From Tetramitus jugosus (lineage: Eukaryota; Protista; Heterolobosea), in assembly GCA_937625935.1 (NCBI GenBank), contig OW569384.1, forward strand, positions 1 through 64,000: a DNA stretch of 64,000 nucleotides, in the 5' to 3' direction. Made by a program: the position numbers and the translations under genes. Position 1 is the stretch's first letter. Every line of letters begins with the position of its first letter. The notes beneath the pieces are model-generated. The model was not told where the DNA came from. It worked only from the letters and a program-made list of their open reading frames with translations, and did not search any database. Shown one piece after another: positions 33,089-44,220 of the stretch.

Positions 33089-33175
33089 AATTCTCATGAA
33101 GAATATTACAACTTGCCTTATTTCCAGGAGTGAGAACTATCTGTTTGATACAAGAATAAACATATTGGATCCAGA

Positions 33176-34510
33176 TTAATGTTCATCCAGATAGAGCTGA
33201 ATGCATGAAGGTAATTCGCCAAATAGCTCTCTGAGTTTTGGTACAATTGTCTTCTTGTATACATCGACGAACATGTCATGATGAACACTAATATTATAGT
33301 TGTAAGTCAGTGACTTCTGATCTCTGCCTCCATCGGCACAGTTTCTACAGGCTCGAAGTGAGGAGGGCTCTTGAGTTTCTCTCAGTTTGGGGTGTACATG
33401 AACACAATCAACACAATTGATGAACTGTCCCCCTGAATGAATTCCAAAGAATTCGACCAGAGTCCACTCATTTCCCTGTGTATCTTGGGCTGAATGGATA
33501 TGCACTTTCTCTAGGCAAACCACAGGACCACCAGAATTCCCAAAAAATACTGTTTCATTAGAAATAAAGGCATGGTGATTATCAGTAGTATACACGATAT
33601 CATGTTCTACCCACTCACCATCTTGTTCTCTGTATGGCCTCATCACAGTACCAACGCTTGCACATTTGAGACCAAACCCATGGAATATTTGCTTCAAATA
33701 CCCAAAGTGAGGAAGTGAATCGACATATGCTTGGGGAAGATTCAAACCCTTGAAGATTCTGTGATCCATGTCATCCGATCCTGGAACTCCTAGTGTTACA
33801 ATGGTATCCACTGGCTGAATGCAGGAGCGAGATGGAACGAACAATACTCGTGGTTGGTTGGAATAGTGAGTTGATAGGATTGCTAGGTCAAATAAATCAA
33901 AATCTGCAACTGTCCCGAGAATAGGATCAGTTCTTGGATGATCTGTTATGAGAACGGTTTCATCAGTAGTTCTCTCTTTCAGAGTGTACCCAGTATACTC
34001 AACCCTTTGTTCTATGGCCATGTCGGCTAGAAACTGTTGGTTGCTTACAAAAAATTGAGTAACATAACTTCTAGGGAAAGGCAATGGAGTTGCAATGATG
34101 GGTGGAGACAATTTTTCAACCACATGCCAGTTAGTAATGAGTGTACTAGGAGCCACTGCAAAAGCGGTGCCACTCGCTTGAACTTTGGGGGAAATGCATT
34201 TAAGTACAGCAGACTCAATTCTTGTTAGTTCTTCTTCCTTGGAAATTAACAAATCTAAGAACTGTTTTGAAACTGGTGCAGAGTACTTTCGGCCTATGCC
34301 ATGTTTACCCAGCGGAAACACATTGTAACACCTGTTATCTAGATTAGGAGGAACAGTCGTTGGAGGTGGTGGGCGAATGATTTTTTCGGTGGGTTCATCA
34401 ACACCGACAATAGCTTCCAGGGCATTCCTTGTGTGTCTCATAGATGTTGGTTTTTTCTTTCCGTAGTTTATGTTTTCTTTCTGGCAGATCGGAACAAAAA
34501 TTGGCGCCAT
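33176..34510 (-). CDS. Trypsin-like serine peptidase (no signal peptide)
   Basis: SGTAF..ITNWHVV (His), DLAIL (Asp), GNSGGPV (Ser). Confidence 0.82.
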   Translation of the reverse strand: MAPIFVPICQKENINYGKKKPTSMRHTRNALEAIVGVDEPTEKIIRPPPPTTVPPNLDNRCYNVFPLGKHGIGRKYSAPVSKQFLDLLISKEEELTRIESAVLKCISPKVQASGTAFAVAPSTLITNWHVVEKLSPPIIATPLPFPRSYVTQFFVSNQQFLADMAIEQRVEYTGYTLKERTTDETVLITDHPRTDPILGTVADFDLFDLAILSTHYSNQPRVLFVPSRSCIQPVDTIVTLGVPGSDDMDHRIFKGLNLPQAYVDSLPHFGYLKQIFHGFGLKCASVGTVMRPYREQDGEWVEHDIVYTTDNHHAFISNETVFFGNSGGPVVCLEKVHIHSAQDTQGNEWTLVEFFGIHSGGQFINCVDCVHVHPKLRETQEPSSLRACRNCADGGRDQKSLTYNYNISVHHDMFVDVYKKTIVPKLRELFGELPSCIQLYLDEH

Positions 34511-34594
34511 TCAGGGCGTACGGGAGAGAGTAGAGGACAGTTTGCTTCCAGGTACTGGAAAAGCTTTGATTTTCAAAACAAAACAAAGTAAAAG

Positions 34595-35491
34595 ATGACT
34601 CTGACTGAAGGATCCCCTCGAAGCGATACTACAGAAATGTACAATGACCATGAAGTCCCTACACTTCCCCTTGAATCAGACGGACCCATCGAGGGCTTTC
34701 ACATCAAATCAGAGGTCGGTTTTTTTGATTTTGTAAAAATGACCGATTCTCATCCCTTAGATCCTCCTCTGGTCTTGGCACAAAAGAGAACATTTGAGGA
34801 TTTTTTCAAGTCTCGCCTGACGTTTCCACCAACTGATATCAAGATGCCATTGTTGAAGCGAGCAAGGTTTTACAAGGAACAGAGTGTCAATAATATTCTG
34901 GCTAAGTTAGAAGAGATCAATGGCAGACTTAAAGAGGTCGAAAAGAAGCTTGAAGCACAAGTGATTGTCAATCAAGAGGTCGAAAAGAAGTTTGAAGCAC
35001 AAGTGAGTGCTAATCAAGAGGTCAATGGCAGACTTAAAGAGGTCGAAAAGAAGTTTGAAGAACAAGTGAGTGCTAATCAAGAGCTCAAAAAGGAATTCAA
35101 GGATTTGGAAATCAAGCAGTTGTTCCTGGGAGATATTGTGGCCATTCACAATGACTATTTCCTGGCCCAACAACGTGGGGTTGACTCTCAAGAAGAACAA
35201 AGGGTGTTGAGCATGGTGATTAATACTATGTCTGAATATCAGGTTGGGTCCCTAGTGTCAAGCGCCCAATCTCTTACAGCATTCTTAGCTACTTTACGTG
35301 GTCGCTTGGAAATGCTTATCTCCGAGAGAGTAACCAATGCTAAAAAGGTTGACGAAGAAGCCAGAAGTATCCTAATTGGAGTAGGATGCGAGAACCTCCA
35401 GGGAACAGCAAACAAGTACACAAGACAAGGCCTTGGGGAAGAACTTGTAGCCTATTTCTTCAAGTCTTGTGTACAGAACCGATCACAATAA
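34595..35491 (+). CDS. Hypothetical protein with coiled-coil tandem repeats
   Basis: 298-aa ORF with EVEKKFEAQVSANQ and EVNGRLK repeats; basic LKRAR patch. Confidence 0.65.
   Translation: MTLTEGSPRSDTTEMYNDHEVPTLPLESDGPIEGFHIKSEVGFFDFVKMTDSHPLDPPLVLAQKRTFEDFFKSRLTFPPTDIKMPLLKRARFYKEQSVNNILAKLEEINGRLKEVEKKLEAQVIVNQEVEKKFEAQVSANQEVNGRLKEVEKKFEEQVSANQELKKEFKDLEIKQLFLGDIVAIHNDYFLAQQRGVDSQEEQRVLSMVINTMSEYQVGSLVSSAQSLTAFLATLRGRLEMLISERVTNAKKVDEEARSILIGVGCENLQGTANKYTRQGLGEELVAYFFKSCVQNRSQ
34913..35085. repeat. Coding tandem repeat (42-nt and 21-nt units)
   Basis: Near-identical gaggtcgaaaagaagtttgaagcacaagtgagtgctaatcaa copies. Confidence 0.85.
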
Positions 35492-35726
35492 GCTTGTGCA
35501 AGTTGAATTATCACAAAGATGACGCTACCAAGAGTCTATGGAGTCAAGAAGCAGTTCACAACAAGAGAAACAACCAAACGAAGAATGAAAGTGCGATTGG
35601 ATCCACATCGACAACTCTCAATGCACGACGACCATAGTTCTTCTCGGTAGGATACTTCGTGATAAACCTTAAGTTTCTGACTTCAAAAATTGTTGAACAT
35701 ACTGCTCTCTGGCCGGCAACAAATCC

Positions 35727-36101
35727 ATGGCTGTCTCACATCTGTTGAACGGCGTCCACACGGGTTCCTTTTGTTCCTTGACAAACAATCTCATCAGTAT
35801 TCGACGACCCAACAATGAAGATGATGAAAATGGCACGAATCACACGCGAACAACCGGAATTAAGATTAATCACTTAACAAAGGTGTTTAAGACCCGAAAA
35901 AGATTAATTTTCCAAGAAGAGAAGAAAGTTGTCAATGATTTATCGCTCAATATTAATGCCAATGAAATATTTGCTTTGCTTGGCGCGAACGGTGCAGGAA
36001 AAACTACGACGATTCGAATGCTCACAGGACTAGTACCACCAACCAGTGGAACGGCATATGTCAATGGTTTCGATATCTCTGACGATATGGACTCGAGTTA
36101 A
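35727..36101 (+). pseudogene. ABCA-type transporter NBD fragment
   Basis: VNDLSL...[31 protein letters not shown], then stop before signature/Walker B. Confidence 0.8.
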
Positions 36102-36565
36102 CTGTCAGCACATGTACATAAAAATATGATACTTAATTATTGTAACTAAAGACATAGAGATCCCTTGAGAACGGTGACAGCGTACCCTCTCATGTACATT
36201 CGATTCGTCTTGTTCTCCTCCTTTGCTAACTCCAACCATAACTCTGGATGCTTGGAATGCTCTCACAATCTCTACTCCCAATTGTTTTGTCCAATAGCCA
36301 ACCGTTGACTGGATCTTAAGGAGCAAAATACCTGGGACGCGATCAAAGTCAACTTTTTTGAAACTAAAGGTAACCTTCCTTGTTCAATATGGTTTTGATT
36401 TGCGTGTCGTCAGGTGTGGGCTACTGTAAGTTGAGACTCCACCAATGTCCATTAGCAAGAGTCCATCATTGTAGCATAGTCTGTTGTTCTCATCGCAAAG
36501 TCTAGATTTGCTGATGAGGTCTAGCGAATGTTGAGATAAACCATGAGAAAGAATACGAGTTGTGG

Positions 36566-38239
36566 TTATTGGTAGGTAAGCCGAGATAAGAATGCATCAA
36601 CATCTCCCTCAGACCGCAAGCATGGAACTGTGACACTACTCTTCTGACTGCTTGGCGATGACTCATTGAATAGACCGCTCTTCTCCAAGTCTTTACTCGT
36701 TCTTCGTAACGCATCAGATTTACGTTCTTCAGAGTGATTAATTGTGGTATCGCCTCCTGTACTCTGTTGAGACGCGGACATTGATCTGTCCACACAATCC
36801 ATATCGAATTCAAAATTGTCCTCGCCCTTGACATCGCCGGTCGTTCTTCTCCGTTTCTTGTCTCTTGTATCCTCTGTTTCGATCAAAGAAATATCAGGCA
36901 GTTTCATGGGAGTATTAAAGGAAATTCCCTGGTTCCATGCAGGAGGAGAGAAGAAGTTACCAGTAAACGTGCAAGCAGGGCTTCTTATCTTTGAGCTAGA
37001 GTTGCTCTGAGGTGTCTTTGGTTCATCATGATCTGCAGAGGACTTGGACACGTTCGATTCTAGATTGTTCGCATTACCGTTCGCCCTACTGTCAAAATTG
37101 AAGAACGCACTCTTCTGTGATGTTGTTTCGGCTTCTGGTGGACACTTGACAGCTGCAATCTTTCGTTTCAATGAATTTTGATTATTGTCTTGTGAGAAGT
37201 TCTTATCTGTTACAGATTGTTCCAAATTGTTGTTGCTGGATGTTGATACTGATGAATTGTTTCCATTACCTGAAGCAACACCTGATTCTTTAGCTGACTT
37301 TGTATTGCCACTCATATTGGCTGTGATGTGACCTAATGACAAAGCATTGTCTGGCAGAGGAATCTGTTGTTGTTGTTGGGGGATTACACCTGTCAAAGGC
37401 ATGGCCATAGAGGATTGATCAAAATTGATTGGAAACAGAGGAAACCCAAAATTGGACCAGCTCATTGCAGCTGTATTAAGCATTGAGGAATTTGTCGCTG
37501 CATTACTACCATTGTTCGTACTGCCACTTGCAACACTGCTGCTCATGAGAGGAGTACCAACGGATCCAACCAAGTCACTCGGTGATCCATTGCTTGTTTT
37601 TGTTTTTGATGTTGTTGATGATTGTTGAGCAGTTGTACCCGAGTTATTGTTGGTGGCCAAATTCTTTTGCAACTTTGTAGAATTGCTCACCATACTGTTG
37701 GTATTGTTGCTCTTGTGAGAACTACTCTTCTTTACGTAGACACTTGTTTTTGGTTTGGGGGCAATTGTCGGGGCAGTGCTCGTGGTGACAGTAGATGAAA
37801 CAGCGGTCGCCGGAAGAGACACGTTCCCACCACTCATCTCAAGACTAGAATACATTTCTAACAAGTTACTAATCGAGTGAATTGTTTGTTCTACAAATCG
37901 TCTATTGGTCTCGTTCTTGCACAATGACTTTGCGAGGTTGTCCTTTGCTTGTCGTTCTTGCAACATGCCAACATATTCACTCAGGATCAATTGAAGGTTT
38001 TTCATGGAAGATTTCTGTGTGCAGTTAAGGATAATGGAATGGTTAGAATATGTTTTCATTTGAAATTGACTGACACAAACAAAGTTAAACACACTACTTA
38101 CAACTCCTTGAAGACCGCTCTGTTCCAGCAGAGATTTACATTCTGTCGAGAAGGCTTGAAATGTGGATTCGAACTTTTCTTCCTTTAAATAGGACAGGAC
38201 GATAAGTGCTACTTCTCCTTTTCCAACCAAGTTTGTCAT
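36566..38239 (-). CDS. LisH-domain protein, NPAT/Mxc-like; in-frame intron 38015-38101
   Basis: EVALIVLSYLKEE..F..E...L..ILSEYV N-terminus; C-terminal DVDAFLSRLTY; S/N-rich middle. Confidence 0.7.
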   Translation of the reverse strand: MTNLVGKGEVALIVLSYLKEEKFESTFQAFSTECKSLLEQSGLQGVVSSVFNFVCVSQFQMKTYSNHSIILNCTQKSSMKNLQLILSEYVGMLQERQAKDNLAKSLCKNETNRRFVEQTIHSISNLLEMYSSLEMSGGNVSLPATAVSSTVTTSTAPTIAPKPKTSVYVKKSSSHKSNNTNSMVSNSTKLQKNLATNNNSGTTAQQSSTTSKTKTSNGSPSDLVGSVGTPLMSSSVASGSTNNGSNAATNSSMLNTAAMSWSNFGFPLFPINFDQSSMAMPLTGVIPQQQQQIPLPDNALSLGHITANMSGNTKSAKESGVASGNGNNSSVSTSSNNNLEQSVTDKNFSQDNNQNSLKRKIAAVKCPPEAETTSQKSAFFNFDSRANGNANNLESNVSKSSADHDEPKTPQSNSSSKIRSPACTFTGNFFSPPAWNQGISFNTPMKLPDISLIETEDTRDKKRRRTTGDVKGEDNFEFDMDCVDRSMSASQQSTGGDTTINHSEERKSDALRRTSKDLEKSGLFNESSPSSQKSSVTVPCLRSEGDVDAFLSRLTYQ

Positions 38240-38647
38240 GTGTGCTGAGTGCTTATGTATGTGATCTTTTTCGAGTATTTGCTGTTTTTCTCGAGAGTAA
38301 CGAGACAATTTTTCGACAAAAAGGCGCCAAAAATTCTGGCGGCAAAAGATGAATCCCCGTTTCCATGAAATGAAAGTTGGGTGACGAGGTTTGAATCATG
38401 CTTCAGAGTTCCTGAATCAGTTTCATTTGTACCATCAATCAATCAATTCAACTGTTCAAATGACCACAGTCATAAATTGTTGTAGTGGAGGTGGTGGCAT
38501 GAATTAGAATTACTTTCGAACTGCCAGGTTTTCCCCCTTTTGGTGCAAGACATTGGATCGCGAAAAAAAAAGCAAAAATAAAAAAAAATCTCGAAAACGA
38601 AAACCAACAACAACAGCACACATCACCAACAACACCCACCATCAGTG

Positions 38648-39891
38648 ATGCCAGCAACACCAGTCGTTTCACCATCAACCTCCTTTCGTGAAGAAAAGAA
38701 AGAATTTGATGAAGAACAATTAAAAATCGAAAAAGAATTTGAATTGATTCAAAATGCACGTGTCGATCTCTATGAGAACGAAATGAAATTGAAGAAGAGA
38801 GTGGCACAGCAGTTGAAATCATTGTCTAGTCTTGAGAAACAAGTCAAGTCATCCTCCTCATCCTGTGTTCCCGCCAATAATAACAATACTCCGACTGCTA
38901 CGAAAACTGAGACTGCAACAGCAGCTTCTACCAATGAAGAAACAACCATTATCACTGAATTGGAACATTCCAAGGATTCTCTTCAAAAGTACAATACTGA
39001 AATTTTGAATCCAGGCAGTAAATTCCTTCAAATGTTCCTAGGAAGTGTCAACAGTGTTGTTCTCAATGGTCATGCCAGCAGAAGATACAAATTCAAGCAA
39101 GAGTATGAAGATTTTAAGCGAAAGTGTACTCTGTGGAATATTCCAGTGGCATTCTTGTTGTTGATTCTATTTCAAAGCAGGTAAGTTGTTGTTACAACAT
39201 TCTTGTGATTTCTTGTGATTGTTGTTTTTTTGTCCATCACTATAGCTTGTGCATGATCATGTGTGCAGTAGTGGGTGATTGTGTTTTTTATGTTTGCTAA
39301 TCTCGTATCATGATCATCAATCATCATAGAGCCATCGATACCATTTATCAAATATGGCTCGCCTACTTTTATTTGACATTGGCCATGAGAGAGTCCATTT
39401 TGCAAGTCAATGGCAGTAGAATTAACAAGTGGTGGATCAATCATCACTACTTGTCAGTCTTGTTGGTGACTACGTTGATCACTTGGCCCAAGACAATGAT
39501 TTATCAACAGTTTCGATCCCAGTTCTTTATTTATTCCTTCTATAGCTCGATTGTTCAATTGTTGCAGTACCAGTATCAAACACAGAGATTGTATGTGATG
39601 AAGACGTTGGGTAAGGCCAATCAGATGGATGTGGCCAACAGTGATAGCACTCAAGTCGTTTTCAGCAGACAATTCATCTTTTTGCTACCATTTGTGTTCA
39701 TTGGTCAATTGATGCAATTTTACAATGCCATTTGTCTCTTGTTCTGGTGCTGGAGAGCCAACGAGTGGCAAGAATGGCAAGCTTACTTGGTAGCAGCAGA
39801 GTTCTTCGTATTGGCATATGGTAACTTTGTTACAACCGTGCGGATCTTCAAGAAAAAGTACAGAAAGTATCAAAATCAAAAGTCTGAGTAA
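38648..39891 (+). CDS. TMEM120: TMEM120/TACAN family protein; intron 39181-39329
   Basis: FKQEYE.FK, RESIL.VNGSRI..WW..HHY.S, LQYQYQ. Confidence 0.92.
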
Positions 39892-40043
39892 GATTTGCTC
39901 CATGGGGACCCAGCAGTTTTGCTTACAATTGATAGCTCTCCTACAATTATTTGAGTGTCCAAGCAACTTTTTGAGCACAACATTGAAACAAAATACATCT
40001 TGATCAAAAATCAACTTTCAATACACTATATCCTTCGCATCTC

Positions 40044-41109
40044 ATGAATTCATCGTATCGTCGTCCTCATCGACCAGCTCTAACGAACCAAAACTTGACT
40101 CCTGCCAGCCCTCAAATCATTCGCTACAGATCTTACACTGCACTTGCTAGTGATGCCAACAATACGACTACAAACAACAATGAGAACACCCATGAATACA
40201 ACAACAAACATCAAACAGAAGGATCATCATTGAATCAAAAACCAAGCTCATTGTCAGCTCCTCCTGTGATTATTCATCAAAAGATGGGGTTTCCAGCCAT
40301 TGAAAACGAGTTGAACAAGAGCTTTCGAATTCGAAAGAGTCAAAATCCAAATGAAACAGCAGTATGTACCTCTAAATGTTAACTCTTTGTTATTCCTTCT
40401 TGTTGGACAAAAGTCAATTGACTCTATTGACAAAATGTCAATCATGTAGGATCTCATCTTTCCGCTGTCAAAGATGGCATTTCTCATTTGCCACTTGAAG
40501 GATGTTCATTTACCGTTGAGCAATACCTCTAGTGCACGCTCAGGTGACAAGAACAAGAAAGTAGTGACTACTGCTCCTCCTCTCATGGGCTATTCGATTG
40601 AAACGTTGAAGACTTTTGGTGAATCGTTTCAAAATTCAGTTATTGTCCTAATTGTGAATAGAGAGAGCATGAGTAAACTAACTCAAGTTCAACAATATCT
40701 GTTGATGGATCCAACCTTGAATTCAGCAAAGACCAAGAACTGTCTCTCAATCTTGTTGTGTAACCATATTCAGCATGTGGCCACAACTGTAGTCAATACT
40801 GTAAAGTCAAAGGACAAGGACAATCTAAGAATGATCAACCTTCAGACAAGAAAACTCCAGATCCAGTACGTTCAGTCATCTGTCAACGAAATGGGTGTCA
40901 AGATTCTGATGCATTGTATTCCTTCCCTATCTACTTATCAGGCCAGTGTCCTTCTTCAAGGAATGGGTTCTTTGAAAGCCATTGCCAATGCGAGCAGCGT
41001 GCAAGAAATTCTGTCCAAGACACCTCTCGATTCAAAGACTGCCCATTCAGTGTTCCACTTTTTCCAGTCATGCCAGATAGACAATCTCAAACACAGCTTT
41101 TGTGGATAA
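40044..41109 (+). CDS. Inactive ERCC4-fold plus HhH protein, SPO16/SCRE/PTD-like (or FAAP24-like); intron 40362-40449
   Basis: Spliced ...RIRKSQNPNETA|DLIFPLSKMAFL; C-terminal CIPSLS...A..LL..MGSL.AIANAS HhH. Confidence 0.65.
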
Positions 41110-41218
41110 AAAATCGGTTACTTTTCTGATCCCAAAAAACAAAAAAAGAAAACAACCACCTGAAGTGAACCTGCATTGTACTTTCACTGACAAAAACCAA
41201 CAAAGTGTGATCACACCC

Positions 41219-44086
41219 ATGAACAACAACTTTAACAATGTGTTTGCGCTACCCAGTAGAGTCATTGGCAGTCGAATGCCGTCCAACACCAACAATAATG
41301 ACAACAGTGTACTGATCAATAGTGGTCATAGTCATAGTAGTAGTAGTAGTAGTCGGTTGAACGAAGAACAACAAGTATCATCACGCTTCACTCGATATTC
41401 TACTAATAGTCCTGCTCCTCATCATACATTGACTACATCAAGACAACCACGAGCCTATTTGCATCATCAACAACGACAACAACAACTTTACTCCATGCAT
41501 CGCAATCACACGAACAACAACAACAACAAGAATAATAATCATACTAGTATTTATGAACGAACCAATATCGTCGCAAACAACAACAACACTGTATCACCAA
41601 TGATCACTTCTCATCATCCATCAATGTACGCACCTTCCTCTACTACTACTGGTGCATCGATGACCTATGGAGTTCATCCATATCACCAGTCTTCTGATAG
41701 GCATGCACAACAACCTCAATCCATGATGTACTCTTATGCACCTCCAACTTCATCAGAAATGCACATGTTTAACACGAGTGATTACACTCCATCACCCATG
41801 CCAACGCATCCTCATCATGCATCACAACATCATGATCAACGCACAATGATGATGATGATGGTGCCTTATCCTCCGACAGTTGCTGCGACTACGAGCACCA
41901 CTCCAGTTCCTCATCATCATCATCATCATCAACAACAGCAGCAGCTGATTCACTCCTCTACCACGCCTATTCCTTCTAACGTGATTCAACATCAACAACA
42001 AGAACGACGACAACAGTCATCTGTTGTTCCCATGAGATCAAACAGTCTCATTCCCATTCGAGTACAAGCACAATACGCACGTCAAATTCTTTTATCACCT
42101 GCTCCTACATTATCATCACAATCAACAATAGCGATGGATCACAATAGTGAACAGACGAGTCATGTGAACACTAGTCGTAGTATGGGTGACAATAATAATA
42201 CTACTACGACTACTACTACTAAGCAAAATAGAGCAGCAATGATGGTTCCATTGGCACCACTAGAGAGACAAAAAGCATTCGAAGCACTCTCAAGACAGTA
42301 CATTCACAAACCACTGCCAAAACAATCAACGACAACAACAACGACGACGATTCAAAACAATCAACAACAACAACCGACTCTTGTCATTCAAAGTGAAGAA
42401 CATGTTCATTCTCTGTTGGAAGAGTCAACATCGCCTTCACTACCACATGTGCGTCAACAAGAAGCAGTATCCACAGTGGCCGCAACGACACAAGAAGAAA
42501 CATTCCCACAAGATCGTCAATCAACAACAATGATGGATGTGACGACGACTATAACAGCGACAACGAACATGGCACAAGTAGAAAACTTGGAAGCGAGCGC
42601 AAAGACCATTCGAAACTGGTATTGTTGGTTCCCTTATATGACTACTTTTATGAATCATAATCTGCACAGTAAGAGACGACGTCACATTCATCATTATTAT
42701 GACATGATTCTCTGTGGAGAACTAGAGAAGGATATCAGCAATGGTGGAGGTGATATGATGAGTAATTTGGATGAGCATCCAAAGGAATGGCACAGTTCTA
42801 TAGTAATGAATCGCATCCATTCTCACTTGTTGGTCACTGCCTCCGGTACGAGTTATCGTCTCTATCCCGACCAATGCAACTTTGAGAAAATGTGCAGCAG
42901 AAACACGGAAGTTTCACTCGAGTTCTTACAAAAGTTCAAGCGTGGTGTGCCAGAGGATTGGAGGCAGACGGTTGATTACGAGTATGCGAGATTGTTGAAC
43001 TTGGACGAGTTTGATTACTATTCAGAATCCGATTATGAGAAGAATGTGGATGAAGGAGAGTTTAGCAACGAGAAACAACAAACAACACAAGATTCGATTG
43101 GGAATGGTACAGTGGAGCAATTTGATAATTTTGATTCATTTATGCGATCGATGCCATCGCCACCGCAAGATGACGATTTTTCATACTACAATAATAGTGA
43201 AACGTTTGGATCAGCGGCCGATGATGCTGATGATGCACATGAGTCTCAATTGGGATTTGGCTCAACAGAAGACGGTCAGACCTATTTGGAGGAACATGAT
43301 GGTCGCAGATCAGCAGATGTTGTCAGGTCCTCTATTCCATCTCCACCATTGATACATGATGAGGATAGTGAGATGCACCACGAAAAAGAGAAGAAAAGTC
43401 CACCTTCTGCACCTCACAGAGCCAATCCACTCCACAACAAGAACCTTGTGTTGGATGAATCGGACGATGAGGGATTGTACAAGCCAGATACAACGGAGGA
43501 AGAAGATGATAGTGATGTCGACTCTGATATTGGCAAGCAAAGAAGAACAACAAAGAAACCCAAAGTTAGTAGATATCGCAAATACGAAAGTCCTAGCAAC
43601 ACGGATGAATCACCATCAGACCAGGAGGACGAAGAAGTGGAAGAAGGTGAGGAAGAAATCGTCGAAGCAAAGGAGGAGCCTTCAGAGCCCATCACCAATC
43701 AATCTCAAGTGGTTGTCATTGATCCTCAACAAGCTGGAGACATTCTATTTGATCCTTCCTTTGCCCAAGTAGTTACTCAGCCAAGTCAAGCACCAGCCAA
43801 GTCACTGATGGCTGTCAACAAAAAGCCAACACTGACCGTCACTAGAAAACGACAGCGCACAGACACGACACCCAATACAGTGAAGAAGAACAAGAAACGA
43901 AAGGAACAAACACCCAGCAGTCAATCAACAAGATCCAAACATCATCACTTTGTAGTGGCAGGAACAGACACAGAGACCGAATCTGACGACTCTGACTACA
44001 ACCCAGATCAGCCAGGTTACGTTCGGCCTTTTGACGCCAGAAGAAATCGGAAAAATCGGAGTAAAAGAATGTCAATCAGCCAGTAA
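41219..44086 (+). CDS. SANTA-domain protein (KNL2/Mis18BP1-like)
   Basis: IRNW...WHSS.VM.R....LVTASG..Y.L...F..GVPEDW embedded in low-complexity sequence. Confidence 0.78.
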   Translation: MNNNFNNVFALPSRVIGSRMPSNTNNNDNSVLINSGHSHSSSSSSRLNEEQQVSSRFTRYSTNSPAPHHTLTTSRQPRAYLHHQQRQQQLYSMHRNHTNNNNNKNNNHTSIYERTNIVANNNNTVSPMITSHHPSMYAPSSTTTGASMTYGVHPYHQSSDRHAQQPQSMMYSYAPPTSSEMHMFNTSDYTPSPMPTHPHHASQHHDQRTMMMMMVPYPPTVAATTSTTPVPHHHHHHQQQQQLIHSSTTPIPSNVIQHQQQERRQQSSVVPMRSNSLIPIRVQAQYARQILLSPAPTLSSQSTIAMDHNSEQTSHVNTSRSMGDNNNTTTTTTTKQNRAAMMVPLAPLERQKAFEALSRQYIHKPLPKQSTTTTTTTIQNNQQQQPTLVIQSEEHVHSLLEESTSPSLPHVRQQEAVSTVAATTQEETFPQDRQSTTMMDVTTTITATTNMAQVENLEASAKTIRNWYCWFPYMTTFMNHNLHSKRRRHIHHYYDMILCGELEKDISNGGGDMMSNLDEHPKEWHSSIVMNRIHSHLLVTASGTSYRLYPDQCNFEKMCSRNTEVSLEFLQKFKRGVPEDWRQTVDYEYARLLNLDEFDYYSESDYEKNVDEGEFSNEKQQTTQDSIGNGTVEQFDNFDSFMRSMPSPPQDDDFSYYNNSETFGSAADDADDAHESQLGFGSTEDGQTYLEEHDGRRSADVVRSSIPSPPLIHDEDSEMHHEKEKKSPPSAPHRANPLHNKNLVLDESDDEGLYKPDTTEEEDDSDVDSDIGKQRRTTKKPKVSRYRKYESPSNTDESPSDQEDEEVEEGEEEIVEAKEEPSEPITNQSQVVVIDPQQAGDILFDPSFAQVVTQPSQAPAKSLMAVNKKPTLTVTRKRQRTDTTPNTVKKNKKRKEQTPSSQSTRSKHHHFVVAGTDTETESDDSDYNPDQPGYVRPFDARRNRKNRSKRMSISQ

Positions 44087-44220
44087 AAAGAAAACCAAAC
44101 TGCAGTTTTCAGCAGAGAGAAAAGCTTTTTTGATCATCAAAATCATCAAAAAACGAACTTTCACACAAAAACGAGAAAAAAACAAACTTTGTCAACAACT
44201 CTTAACACTTTTTGCAAAAA

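Noticed and set aside
41102-41218. Apparent overlap of the SANTA ORF with the upstream gene
   Set aside because: Non-ATG ORF-track start; first ATG is 41219
41280-42400. CAA/CAT/ACT trinucleotide runs
   Set aside because: Ordinary low-complexity Q/N/H/T coding tracts common throughout this genome
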